The notes beneath the pieces were generated by a model. That model saw nothing but the letters and a program-made list of their open reading frames with translations. It searched no databases and was not told where the DNA came from. A stretch of DNA of 64,000 nt from an uncultured Spirochaetota bacterium (lineage in GTDB: Bacteria > Spirochaetota > Spirochaetia > SZUA-6 > Fen-1364): the NCBI GenBank assembly GCA_963820525.1, contig CAWGAA010000001.1:864001-928000 (forward strand), written 5' to 3'. This document shows positions 48,867 to 59,667 of this stretch, in pieces (positions within the stretch are counted from its first letter, which is position 1; every line of letters begins with the position of its first letter). The translations under genes and the position numbers were made by a program.

Positions 48867-50039
48867 TCAGCTCAGTCTTGTTTTTATTTCAGTACCGATG
48901 TCTCGTAATGAATCGAAAAGGAAAGCGACTAATGCAGCCAGTAAAAAGCCAGAGATGGTTCCGAGCATCGTTATCATCGTTCGTCTTGGCTTCGCTTTCA
49001 GTTCTGGAAAAATCGCCGGGTCGATTACTTCAACAAAGATCTGATCCTGCGCCTCTTGAAGCTTCTGATTCTCATAAGAGGCGAGCAGCCCAGAGTATAT
49101 TTTCGTTGCAATCTCAAGGTCACGGTAGATATTTTGATATTCGACGATCTGTTCGGGAGCGCTATCCATCGAGAATGTACCAATTCCAGTTCCGCTTTCT
49201 ATTTTCGTTATTTGTCGATCAATTGCACCAAGTTGGGTCCGAGCTTCCGTAAGTTGAGGATTTTCTTGCGAAAAAGCACTTTCAAGCTTTGCTATCTCCA
49301 CTTCAACGGCCAGTTTCTGCGTTAAGAGTGTTGAGTATAGTGCCATTGCACTTGTCACTTGCCCCTCAGGTAAGATGATCTTTGTATTCTTCTGAAAGCT
49401 GGCCATTTTGGCCTGTAAGTCTTTGACTTTGGCCTCCTGTTCGCTTATTTGGTCTTCAAGTACCTTGATGGATTTTTTGCTCACGGTGAGGTTTTTCGCA
49501 TTCAGTATGTCTTCCAGCACCTCCACCGAATGGTTTGCGATATCCATGGCGAGTTTCTGGTCCTTGAACTCCGCCTTAACGACGATAATCCCAGTTTGCT
49601 GATTCTCGTCAACGGACAGAATACTCCCCATCATTTTCTCAACGGCGACATTGAATGGATCTCGTTTCTTAATGGATCCAGAGGTGTTTAGTATAACCGG
49701 AACGAGATCCAAGTCCTTCACTACCCTTTCACAAAGAGATCTACTTTTCAGAATGGCGACAATTTTCTGAGAAGGAGTCGAAGTCATCCCGGCTGGCAGG
49801 CTCATCCCTGCGAGCGCCGCGAGGCCCGCATATTGCGATAACGCGGATCCCTGATTGGACGTGATGGGAATTATCGAAGTTTTCGCGTCATATTCCGGTT
49901 GTAGAAGAAGGGAAATGGAGATCGATCCAATCATAAAAGCGAAAGTGATCCCAGCAATCAGCCATTTGCGCTTCCAGAATGTTAGAAAGACATCTATCAG
50001 GTTGAGATCATTCTTTTCATCAGATCGGTGTCCGCTCAT
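48867..50039 (-). CDS. Wzz/GNVR polysaccharide co-polymerase (chain-length determinant)
   Basis: N-terminal TM (WKRKWLI), coiled coil, VIDPA.FP..KAKPRR and a C-terminal TM. Confidence 0.88.
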   Translation of the reverse strand: MSGHRSDEKNDLNLIDVFLTFWKRKWLIAGITFAFMIGSISISLLLQPEYDAKTSIIPITSNQGSALSQYAGLAALAGMSLPAGMTSTPSQKIVAILKSRSLCERVVKDLDLVPVILNTSGSIKKRDPFNVAVEKMMGSILSVDENQQTGIIVVKAEFKDQKLAMDIANHSVEVLEDILNAKNLTVSKKSIKVLEDQISEQEAKVKDLQAKMASFQKNTKIILPEGQVTSAMALYSTLLTQKLAVEVEIAKLESAFSQENPQLTEARTQLGAIDRQITKIESGTGIGTFSMDSAPEQIVEYQNIYRDLEIATKIYSGLLASYENQKLQEAQDQIFVEVIDPAIFPELKAKPRRTMITMLGTISGFLLAALVAFLFDSLRDIGTEIKTRLS

Positions 50040-50093
50040 ATTGGCTTCCTTAGTTGTTCTATTCCTTCTGCGCTATCTCTTTATACTATGTGT

Positions 50094-51230
50094 TTAAAAC
50101 TGGATTTGCTTCCCCCACACGAATCTATCAATGATCTTTGTATAGCTCTGTATCAACCGAACCACCTTTTCCGAAACATTTTCATCGTCGTAGTCCTTAG
50201 GAATGTGCCTCACTTTATAATCCGTCCATAGGGAGCGACATAGTTCCACTGCCTGAATTATGTCCTTTTCACTAATGCCTCCTACTACAAGCGTGCCTTT
50301 ATCTATCACTTCCGGCCTTTCTGTCGAGGTCCGTATTAGGACCGCGGGAAATCCCATAATGGCCGACTCTTCAGAGAGCGTCCCACTGTCGGAGAGCACG
50401 CAAAAAGATTCTACTTGCAGCTTATTGTATTCGAAAAACCCGAAGGGATTCATCTGTTTAACGAGTGGATGAAAGCGAAATCCTCTGTTTTCAATTTGAT
50501 TCCAGGATCTTGGATGCGTCGAATAGATCACCGGCATCCTATACATTGTGGCAATACTATTAATGCCATTCATGAGACTCATGAAACTACTCTCATGGTC
50601 GATATTCTCTTCTCGGTGGGCCGATACGAGGAAGTAGTTCCCTCTTTCGAGCCCGAGTTCTTCAAGAATCTTGCAGTTGTTTATCCCTTCCATATTCTTT
50701 TGTATCACTTCCCTCATTGGCGACCCAGTCACGAATATATGCTCCTTCCGTATACCCTCGGAAAGGAGGTAGCGGCGAGAGTGCTCGGTATAGGGGAGGT
50801 TGATATCGCTAATATGGTCGACGATTTTACGGTTGATCTCCTCCGGGACGTTCTGGTCGAAGCAGCGGTTCCCCGCTTCCATATGGAAGATGGGAACCTT
50901 GAGCCGTTTGGCTGAAATTGCACAGAGGGCACTGTTGGTGTCCCCGAGGATGAGCAATGCATCAGGCTTTTCCGCCTTGAGCACTTCGTAGGACTTGGCT
51001 ATTATATTTCCCATGGTCTCGCCAAGGTGGGCGCCGGCCGCATTGAGATAATGATCAGGAGCCCTGAGTCCGAGCTCCTCGAAAAAGACTTGATTGAGCG
51101 TATAATCGTAATTCTGCCCCGTGTGCACGAGGATGTGATCGAAATAGCGATCGCAGGCCTTTATGCATTCGGAGAGCCTGATGATCTCGGGTCTCGTGCC
51201 GATGATGGTCATTACCTTGAGCTTGGCCAA
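50094..51230 (-). CDS. fnlC: UDP-2-acetamido-2,6-dideoxy-L-talose 2-epimerase (FnlC/WbjD/Cap5G-like)
   Basis: GTRPEIIRLS, HTGQNYD, HMEAGNR.FD..VPEEINR and DSGT; directly follows fnlA and fnlB. Confidence 0.85.
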   Translation of the reverse strand: MAKLKVMTIIGTRPEIIRLSECIKACDRYFDHILVHTGQNYDYTLNQVFFEELGLRAPDHYLNAAGAHLGETMGNIIAKSYEVLKAEKPDALLILGDTNSALCAISAKRLKVPIFHMEAGNRCFDQNVPEEINRKIVDHISDINLPYTEHSRRYLLSEGIRKEHIFVTGSPMREVIQKNMEGINNCKILEELGLERGNYFLVSAHREENIDHESSFMSLMNGINSIATMYRMPVIYSTHPRSWNQIENRGFRFHPLVKQMNPFGFFEYNKLQVESFCVLSDSGTLSEESAIMGFPAVLIRTSTERPEVIDKGTLVVGGISEKDIIQAVELCRSLWTDYKVRHIPKDYDDENVSEKVVRLIQSYTKIIDRFVWGKQIQF

Positions 51231-51231
51231 T

Positions 51232-52347
51232 CTACACCTCGAGGGAATAGGTATCCGCATCTGCGGGGTCGAACACCTCATCCGCCCAGAAGAGCGTGAT
51301 GAGCTCAGTTTCGCCTATGTTTGTTATTGAATGGGCATATCCGACGGGGATATCGACAACGCGAAGCTCGTCACCCGACACAGGATACTGCAGCGTTTTC
51401 CCGTCATTGATATGGCGGAATTTGATGAGTGCGCGTCCTTGGATGACGAGGAACTTCTCCGCTTTGGTATGATGCCAATGGTTTCCGCGCGTGATGCCTG
51501 GTTTCGTCTTGGAGATGAAAATCTGACCGAATGAGGCGCACTTCATGAATTCGGCCAGCCAGCCGCGATCGTCCCTCTTTATTTCGAGCGCATAGCTGAA
51601 TTCCTCTTCGGGCAGGAAGGATAACCATGTTGCGTAGAGCCTTCGCGCGAAACCGCTCTCCATGGACGGCATGACGAGGCTCTTCCGGCTGGAGACGAAT
51701 GTTGCAAGAAGATCGGAGATCTCTCCGAGGGTCATTGTATAGGTCTGGCCGACCCGGCAGAAACCGTCAGGATCCGGGCTCATCTCGCCGTCGAGCGCCG
51801 CGATAAACGATTCGGCAACATCGTCGATGTAGACAAGGTTGAGTTCAGTCGAGGGGTCATTGATCTCGATGGGCAGGCTGCGTGTCGTATTATAGCACCA
51901 CGTGGCGATTACTGAATTATAATTCGGTCGACACCATTTCCCGAACACGTTCGGAAGGCGAAACACGAATACCGGCGCGCCGGTCTTTGCGCCGTATTCT
52001 CGTACGGCTTCCTCCGCGGCCAGCTTGCTCCTGCCGTACGGATTATCCAGCGCTGCCTGTGAAGAAGAGGAGATGAGCAGCGGTATTCCATCATTTCTCG
52101 TGGCGAGGAGGCCGGCAAGTTCCTCCGTCAACAGTGTATTGCCCGTTTCGAATTCGGAAATATCTTTGGGGCGGTTGATGCCTGCCAGATGCATGACGAA
52201 ATCCGCAGCTCGGACCCCTTCCAAAAGATCGGCGCGCGCATTTGCCTGGTCGAAGCAGATCAGCCGGATATCCTCCCGGCGCTCGAGTCGGGAACGAATA
52301 TTCCGCCCAATGAAGCCCTCGGCCCCGGTGAGAAGCACGGTTTTCAT
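51232..52347 (-). CDS. fnlB: FnlB/WbjC/Cap5F-like reductase-epimerase (SDR plus cupin)
   Basis: GAEGFIGRN, HLAGINRP, YGRSK, GKWCRPNYNS and RGNHWHHTK. Confidence 0.88.
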   Translation of the reverse strand: MKTVLLTGAEGFIGRNIRSRLERREDIRLICFDQANARADLLEGVRAADFVMHLAGINRPKDISEFETGNTLLTEELAGLLATRNDGIPLLISSSSQAALDNPYGRSKLAAEEAVREYGAKTGAPVFVFRLPNVFGKWCRPNYNSVIATWCYNTTRSLPIEINDPSTELNLVYIDDVAESFIAALDGEMSPDPDGFCRVGQTYTMTLGEISDLLATFVSSRKSLVMPSMESGFARRLYATWLSFLPEEEFSYALEIKRDDRGWLAEFMKCASFGQIFISKTKPGITRGNHWHHTKAEKFLVIQGRALIKFRHINDGKTLQYPVSGDELRVVDIPVGYAHSITNIGETELITLFWADEVFDPADADTYSLEV

Positions 52348-53369
52348 CGGGTAGCCGTCCGCTCCGCGAGCTCCTCGCGCATGAAATCCAGCTTGAGAAG
52401 AAGCTCCTTTATCTCTTCGACGTCCAACCTACGGGTATTCTCCGATGTATATTCCCAACCCCTGGAAATCTGCTCCTCGCCTTGAACGAAAAACTTATCG
52501 TAATTCAGGTCCCGTGTATCGGCGGGGATGCGATAATAGTCGCCCAGATCTTCGGCCTTGGCCATCTCCTCACGGGTGAGGAGGGTCTCATGAAGCTTCT
52601 CGCCATGGCGCGTCCCTATTATTCTGACCTCGCAGTCTGCGCCCATGAGCTCCATGACCGCCTTCGCGAGATCCGCGATGGTCGACGCAGGCGCTTTCTG
52701 GACGAATATATCCCCCGGCACCGCGTGCTTGAACGCGAAGATCACCAACTCCACCGCGTCTTCGAGGGACATCAGGTAGCGGGTCATGTTCGGATCCGTG
52801 ATGGAAATCGGCGAACCGCTCTTGATCTGTTGAACGAAAAGGGGGATTACGGACCCGCGCGATGCCATGACGTTTCCATAGCGCGTGCCGCAGATGATAG
52901 TCTTTTCCGCGGTAACGGTCCTCGATTTCGCCACCATCACTTTTTCCATCATGGCTTTTGAGATACCCATGGCGTTGATCGGATAGACGGCCTTATCCGT
53001 CGAAAGGCAGATGACCTTTTTCACGTTGTGCTGCACCGCCGCCGTGAGCACGTTATCCGTTCCGATGACATTTGTTTGGACGGCCTCCATTGGAAAGAAT
53101 TCGCACGAGGGAACTTGTTTCAACGCCGCCGCCTGGAAAACGTAATCCACTCCGTGTATCGCGCTTGCGATGCTGTTGAAGTTTCGAACGTCGCCGATGT
53201 AGAACTTTATTTTATCGCTATTATATTGTCTTCGCATGTCGTCTTGTTTTTTTTCATCGCGGGAGAATATTCGTATTTCTTTTATATCCGTACTCAAGAA
53301 TCGCTTGAGCACTGCATTACCGAACGAGCCCGTTCCGCCGGTAATTAGCAGAGTCTTGTCTTTAAACAT
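52344..53369 (-). CDS. fnlA: FnlA/WbjB/Cap5E UDP-GlcNAc 4,6-dehydratase/5-epimerase
   Basis: GGTGSFGNAV, SRDEKKQDDMR, AALKQVPSCEF, STDKAVYPINAMG and RYGNVMASRGSV. Confidence 0.92.
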   Translation of the reverse strand: MFKDKTLLITGGTGSFGNAVLKRFLSTDIKEIRIFSRDEKKQDDMRRQYNSDKIKFYIGDVRNFNSIASAIHGVDYVFQAAALKQVPSCEFFPMEAVQTNVIGTDNVLTAAVQHNVKKVICLSTDKAVYPINAMGISKAMMEKVMVAKSRTVTAEKTIICGTRYGNVMASRGSVIPLFVQQIKSGSPISITDPNMTRYLMSLEDAVELVIFAFKHAVPGDIFVQKAPASTIADLAKAVMELMGADCEVRIIGTRHGEKLHETLLTREEMAKAEDLGDYYRIPADTRDLNYDKFFVQGEEQISRGWEYTSENTRRLDVEEIKELLLKLDFMREELAERTATR

Positions 53370-53399
53370 CCATTACTCCTATGGTCCTGCTTATTTTTC

Positions 53400-54050
53400 C
53401 GAGTGACCTTTTTTTCTTGGGCCGCTATCTGCTTTTCAAGCTCCTGAGTTGTTTTCCGGCTGATCGTGAATGATTTGCTGTTAAGAATTATTTCTAGAAT
53501 ACTCATCGCGCTTATTGCGATTCTGAGCGTACTGAGGATCGCCAAACTCGACTTCTAGTCTGATTATCCCCGATTTATCATCACATGCGACGGAAAGGAT
53601 CTTTTTTGCATTATTTCGGTTGCTACGTTGAAGGGGTCTTCTTTCAGGGTTTTTCAAGATTCGTTGAACCAAATCTAATTCCCGGATTACTTGTTCACAG
53701 AGCGTGCGGCTTTTCAGGATTGCGATTATTTTTTGGCTTGGCGTCGACGTCCCGCCGATGGCGGGGAGATTGATTCCTACCATCGACGCGAGCGATGCAT
53801 ATTGTGACATCATCGAATTCTGATCCGCTGTTATCGGCATGAGAGTCGTTGTGGATGTATTCGTGGGAGGTATAAGAAAGCCCAAGACAAGCGATCCGGC
53901 GGCAAATACGGCGGCGATTGCCGCTATCATCCATTTCCGCTTCCAAACAACAACGAATAGGTTTACGAAGTTTATACCTTCAACATGCATTTGTAAGGAC
54001 GAATTCGGGTAGACCAATCGTTTCTTTGAGCCTTCGCGTATTCCCGCCAT
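53400..54050 (-). pseudogene. Decayed, truncated second wzz paralog
   Basis: N-terminus parallels 48867-50039 (WKRKWMIA, SQYASLA, TPSQKIIAILKSR). The continuation DPFNVA...LEIILNSK...EKQIAAQEKKV is spread over shifting frames and then ends before fnlA. Confidence 0.75.
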
Positions 54051-54139
54051 TTCAAACTCCCATTTGTACAAGACCCATGCGCATAACGCGCCGGTTCCTA
54101 TGTTTTCCTGTTGACTCTAGTTATGCCCACCATCAACCC

Positions 54140-57100
54140 CTACTTCACGATCGCGTAGACGCTGAGCGCGGTGCTCGCGAGGTTGGCGAGGATCTGTGCA
54201 ATGTCGCGGGTTACCGGCAGGATGTAGTTCGGCGTGACCTCTTTCTTGCCCACGACGATCGTGTCGCCCGCATAGACGGGATCCTGGTCAATTGTGGGAG
54301 GTATCCAGAGAAACCCCATTTTCTGCTTTGGGCTGATGACGCTCCCATCCGCGCGTATCATGTAGGTTTTGCTCGAATCCCCATTTTCCGTAACGCCGCC
54401 GACGGAAGAAAGATAATCCTTGACTCTGAGGCCTTCACGGTAGGCCACGGTTATCGGATTGAAGACCTCCCCGATGATCTGGACGAATGAGGGCGTCTTC
54501 GGGATGAAGATGCTGTCACCATCATCGAGCGGGAGATCGTCGGGCGTGCCGACGAGCGCCTCGATTGTTTTCGGCATGTGAACGGATATCCGCCCGAGCA
54601 CTCCGGAGATCTGGGTTCGCAGCGCATCGATCTCGGCCTTCTGGGCCTCCATTTGCAGCCGCGCGATTGCAGCGGCATCAGAGCCCGAGACGTTTGAAAA
54701 AGCCTGCGCCGTTGCCTCGCTGATATTTTGTGAAAGCGTCAGGCTCAGGATATTGGCCGCCCGGTCAAGCTGTTCCCTCTGCAGATCCGCGGCGCTCTTT
54801 TTGAGCAGGACGATCCCTTGCGGAAACGCATCCTGAGCAAAGCCTCCTGCCCCCCGAAGCGCTTCCGAAAGGCGCATTCCCTGGTGGAAGAGCTGCGCGC
54901 CCGGATTGTTCACCTGCCCGCGAACGATTATCTGAGCATTCTTCTCGTTCTCTGACGTGGGTGAGAATACGATCCGGTCTCCAGGAAGAAGGACAATATC
55001 GGAGGAAATCCGCTGCCCGAGGAAATCCCTGAGATAGATGACGACGCGGTCTCTCGACAGTGACTCGTCGCCCAAAGCCGGCGCGGAAGGAGCCATTGGC
55101 GGCTGCGACTGCGTATTGGGCTGACTCTGATTGTTCGGTTGGGACGGCATCTGATTTGGATTCGATTGCACGGTCGCCTGGACTGCCTGGCTGGCAATCG
55201 CTTGCGCCGTCGGCTGGACCTGAGAGCTATTCGCGGCAGCTTGCGCAGCCTGTTGCGTGGGATAGAGCGAGCCCTGACCTGGGAAAGCCTGGCTTTGAGG
55301 CTGGCTGGGAAGGATGGGCTGTGGCTGCGTAGGCTGTACTGTTTGGGATGTATTCGCCAACGGCGGTTGCTGCGGCGCATTCGCCTGTGCGACGGGAGAG
55401 AGGATGGGAGCAGGCTGGAGGGGGTTCTCGCGGTAGATGTATGCTTTCATTTCCTTGGCATCCCCATTAAGGCTTACCATCCTGAGGATATCCACCAGAT
55501 TGATCCCGTCGTAGTAGAGGACAACCTTGGATTCCTTAACCGAACCGGATACTTCAATGGGCGAGTCGATCGTCTTTGGGAAAAAGCGGATGCGGTCCAG
55601 AGGCTTCAATTCGACATCCGCCTTTCCGTCGGCTACATCCTCGGGACAAAACGTGAGCATGGTTTCGCTGCCCGACCCCATTTCGTGGCGTCGTATTTCG
55701 GCGTATTGGAGGTTTGTGTCGATGAGGAACTCTTGGCTGCTCAAGATTTCCTTCAACCTCATCCCCTGGCTCCAGGCGTACATGCCGGGATAGCGGATGG
55801 TGCCTTCCATTGTCATCGTTTCGGGGTAGCTATCCAGATCAACATCCGCCGAATCGTCGCCAAAACGGAAGAAGCTCACGCGGTCGAGGGCCTGGAGGGG
55901 CGCGTCCCACAAGCCGTCGAGGACCTTCCGAGGCTGGAAGACGGAGTTTCGGGTATAGCCGCCCTTCTCGGTACGGCAGATCCGCGCGTAGAAAAGGTTG
56001 GTATCCGGCATGAGTTTGACGCGGTCCAGGAGAGCGCGCAGCGTGGGCATTGAATCCAGGGAATAGGAACCGGGGAACTTGACCTCGCCGTCCACGTCGA
56101 TCCTGTTGACCAGAAGATCCCGAACGGGATCCACCCGCACGAGGTCTCCATTCATGAGGGGAGTGGCGGCGATATCCGAGCCCTTGGATCCGTCGCTGAT
56201 GATGCGCCGGTGTTCAGAATCGAAGCGAACGACGCTCGTGCCCGGCGGGTACGCCGAAGGGAGCATCCCGCCGGCCAGGCCAAGGAGGTCGGAAACTGTC
56301 TTCTCACCCTTGAGTTCGTAGATGCTTGGGCGTTTCACCGCTCCCGTAACGCCCACGACGGTTCCTATCTCGCGCACGAGGATTGAATCGTTCTCGCGCA
56401 CCTGGACGTCCGTTGACTTTCCCGAAATGAGCACATCGTAGAGATCGAATACCATCCCCTTCTCCTGGCCTTTATGGGTCAGGACGATGTTCCTGAGGCT
56501 CCCCGTCTTCATGATGCCGCCGGCCTGGGAGATGACGTCGAAGAGGGAGTTTACGGCGCTGGCCATCACAACGCCGGGCGAGTTCACGAACCCCGCAACG
56601 TATACGGGAAACTGGCGTATCTGGGAAAGGGTGATGCTGAGATCGAACTTCTTGTATTTTTTCGACATGGCGGATTTCAGGTAGGCCTTTACCGATTGCA
56701 GGTCCAGCCCCCAGGCCGTGAAGTGACCCGACGGGGGGGAAGAAACACAGCCCGTTTCTGTCCACCGGAAGCTCGTACCGGGAATCCATGTTAGCGATGT
56801 CCATTGCGTCTCCCCAGATGTAGACGACGAGAACGTCTCCCGGCCCGACTACGTAATCATCCCCAACAGCGGAGAAGGAAGAGAAAGAGCTCTGCGAGAA
56901 GAAATCATAGCCGAATTGCTGGAGGGGGGAGAATCCTGCGGAACGGCGGGCGCGAACATGGCTTCGATTGAAGACGGCCCAGCGGGGACCAGGACAATCT
57001 TGCCGAGAACGGGATTTTGCAGGTTTGCTGCGTTTTCCGAAGTTCCAGCCTGCTCGGTTGACCGTTGGCTCTTGGTCGATGGGAGGGACAATGTCCCTCC

Positions 57101-57280
57101 GATTCCAGCGCCCTGCAGTGCTTTGAGGATATCCGCCGCTTGTGAAGAGGAGATGCCCCCCTGGCCGGAGCCCCCGCTTGAGCCTCCGCCGATTCCGGTA
57201 TTCTGCGCGCCGAGAGACCAGCAGGCAAACGAAAAAACTATGAGCAGAGCGACCCTCTTACAGTTGCCGTAAGCGATCAT
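54140..57280 (-). CDS. Large multi-SLBB polysaccharide export protein (KpsD/Wza-like); frameshifts near 56925 and 56728
   Basis: Signal peptide, then QFGYDFF..DDYVVGPGD..IWG (recovered only by a frame change), multiple G.V..PG SLBB repeats and a C-terminal amphipathic helix RDIAQILANLASTAL. Confidence 0.8.
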
Positions 57281-57649
57281 TGATTATTACCTTCCTTGTA
57301 GCTGCCGGCACATGGATTCCAAGCAGCGAGGAGTGTGAAGCTTCGGGTCAAATAACATAACCGATTTTATAACAAGGAAATAAGTTAGTACACGGGACAG
57401 AGAGCAGCGCAAACGCAACTATACTCAGGATATGAAACGGCTCAAAACGCATATCCAGCCAGAGATGGTATGAAGTCCGCGAAAACAACGAAGGCGGCCG
57501 GAACTCGCTCTTCTTTTTCCGGGACGAGTTTTAACAGAGGTTAATGATTATTCTACATGGACAGACTACGAGACGCATTACCCCGATACTGGTAGCTCCC
57601 AATTCCTCCATAACCTCGAATTTATAATACTATAGCCCTTGCCAAAAAG

Positions 57650-57678
57650 AGTATAGCCCCCGAATTCCCCCCTGTCAA
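57650..57678 (-). promoter_or_regulatory. sigma70-type promoter for the polysaccharide locus
   Basis: Minus strand TTGACA (57678-57673), 17-bp spacer, TATACT (57655-57650). Confidence 0.7.
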
Positions 57679-57698
57679 TCCGGCGGGCATCAGGGCCC

Positions 57699-57763
57699 TT
57701 GACGACCCAGGAATTTTTGTATAGCCTCACTTAAATTTCGTATCCGAACTATTCGTAATCGAG
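57699..57763 (+). promoter_or_regulatory. marR-operon promoter with tandem palindromic operator candidates
   Basis: TTGACG-17-TAGCCT, then TTCG-TATC-CGAA (57737-57748) and TTCG-TAAT-CGAG (57752-57763). Confidence 0.55.
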
Positions 57764-57789
57764 ATTTTCTCAAGGCGGAATACAAGCGT

Positions 57790-58218
57790 ATGGAAGACGA
57801 GATCCAACTGGTAGAGCTTCTTCACCAGATCAACAGGAACATCTGGAAGCTTCTCTCCGACATATTCAGAAAAGAGCGGCTTTCCACAACCGAGATCATC
57901 GTGCTCGTGACCATGAGCAAGAAGAAAACCAGCCGCGTAACGGACCTTGCCGCGATGATAGGAATCCCTTGCAGCACCCTCACCGGCATCCTGGACAGGC
58001 TCGTGCTGCAGGGCTTTCTCGAGCGCAGCCAGGATCCCGATGACAGAAGGAGCGTCCTCATGAGCGCGACACCGAAGCTCGGCACCTTCATAGCCGACCG
58101 CATCTCCCCCATGAAGGACACGCTGCGCATGGCCTTCAAATCCATGCCGAAGCCCCGCATCAAGCGGCTCATGCAAGATCTCCATTTCGTCGTCGAGAGC
58201 CTGGAACGGAAGGACTAG
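57790..58218 (+). CDS. MarR-family transcriptional regulator
   Basis: STLTGILDRLV.QGFLER..DPDDRRSV winged-HTH motif. Confidence 0.92.
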   Translation: MEDEIQLVELLHQINRNIWKLLSDIFRKERLSTTEIIVLVTMSKKKTSRVTDLAAMIGIPCSTLTGILDRLVLQGFLERSQDPDDRRSVLMSATPKLGTFIADRISPMKDTLRMAFKSMPKPRIKRLMQDLHFVVESLERKD

Positions 58219-58246
58219 CGCGGCCTCCAGGAAAGGGAACAGATAC

Positions 58247-59653
58247 ATGCAGTCACGGATGATCGCGATGGCCCTCCTTCTGCTCGTTTCGGTCCATGCT
58301 CCGGGGATCTGGGCCCAGGCGACTCCGCTATCCATCGAGGATGCGGTTGCCATGGCGCTGGAGAAGGACCCGAGCGTAAAGAGCTCGAGCTGGGACTGGC
58401 TTTCGGCATCAGCCAAGGCGGAGGCGGCCGGCTGGCGGATGCTGCCCTCCCTGTCGTTTGCCGCCGGTTACCAGAAGTTGAGCGATTTGCCGCCGGCATC
58501 GCTAGAAATAGCCAACCCCTTCGCTCCCGCCGGCCCGCCCCTCGATTTCAGCTTCCCCCCTTCCCTCACCAACTTGTATTCCTTCTCCCTGAATATGCAG
58601 TACCCGGTTTTCGCCGGCTTCCGCATCCGGGAAGCGGCCGCGCTGGCGCAGCTTCAGGCCCAGGGCAAGCGGATGGCGCTGGAGATGGTGAAGAAGTCTC
58701 TCGTGTTTGAGGTGCGGCGCGCGTACTGGGAAGCGGTTCGTGCCACAAACAACGTCCAGACCCTCCAGAAGAACCTCGAGCTCATGAAAGTGAACCGCGA
58801 GCTCGCCGCCCGGCAGGTTTCCCAGGGAATCGCGACCCGGGCGGACCAGCTTGCCGCGGACACGCGTTATATCCAGGCCGATCTGGATCTTGGAGACGCG
58901 GTTTCCCTCCAGAAACGCTCCTATCTGGTTATTGCGTCCTTGATCGGCGCCGCCGCGGACACCCTCACGCTGTCGGCCGATCCGATGGATGGGGAGCCGC
59001 CCTTCACCCTCGCCACTCATCCCGAGGACCGGGTGCCTCCCATTATGAGCGAAACCCTGGATGAAAATGCCCTGATATCGGCCGCAATGGAGAGGCGCCC
59101 CGAAACCCGATCTTCCGCGATCTCGCTCCTGCTCGCCCGGCATAATGTCGGCCTCGCGCAGGCGGGCCTGTACCCCACTTTGACCCTCACGGGCAATTAC
59201 ACCCTTGCCGATCCGAATTCGCGCGTGCCGTTCCAGAGCGATCCCACGGCATTCACGGGCACGTGGTCTCTGGGGATCCAGCTCAGCTACGATATCAGCG
59301 GAATACCGGCCGGCCTTGCGGAGAGCGACGCGCAAAGCCTTGCGGTCAGGAAAGCGGAGAGCGACGCGCAGAAGCAGGCCAACACCGTCGTCCTCGACGT
59401 CAAAACGTGCATCCTCAACCTCCAGAGGGCGAGGCGCGACCTCGCTTTGATCCGGGGAATGATAGAGCAGTCCAGGGAAAACGTCAGGGTAACCCAGCAG
59501 AGGCTCGAAGCTGGAACGGCGAACACCCTGGATGTGCTCACCGCGCAATTCAACCTCCTCAGGGCCGGTTTTTCAGTCACGAATAAGGAGATCGACGCCC
59601 AGATTGCGTCAGCCGATCTGGCGCGCGCGATCTCCCTCGATGAGATCGAATAG
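58247..59653 (+). CDS. TolC-family outer membrane efflux protein
   Basis: Signal peptide, LSIEDAVAMAL, duplicated P.L....Y OEP repeats and GTANTLDVL.AQ. Confidence 0.88.
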   Translation: MQSRMIAMALLLLVSVHAPGIWAQATPLSIEDAVAMALEKDPSVKSSSWDWLSASAKAEAAGWRMLPSLSFAAGYQKLSDLPPASLEIANPFAPAGPPLDFSFPPSLTNLYSFSLNMQYPVFAGFRIREAAALAQLQAQGKRMALEMVKKSLVFEVRRAYWEAVRATNNVQTLQKNLELMKVNRELAARQVSQGIATRADQLAADTRYIQADLDLGDAVSLQKRSYLVIASLIGAAADTLTLSADPMDGEPPFTLATHPEDRVPPIMSETLDENALISAAMERRPETRSSAISLLLARHNVGLAQAGLYPTLTLTGNYTLADPNSRVPFQSDPTAFTGTWSLGIQLSYDISGIPAGLAESDAQSLAVRKAESDAQKQANTVVLDVKTCILNLQRARRDLALIRGMIEQSRENVRVTQQRLEAGTANTLDVLTAQFNLLRAGFSVTNKEIDAQIASADLARAISLDEIE

Positions 59654-59667
59654 ATAGGCCGGGATCC

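Noticed and set aside
57572..57600. JUMPstart/ops element upstream of the polysaccharide locus
   Set aside because: TACTGGTAGCT is on the wrong strand and there is no GGCGGTAG on the transcribed strand.
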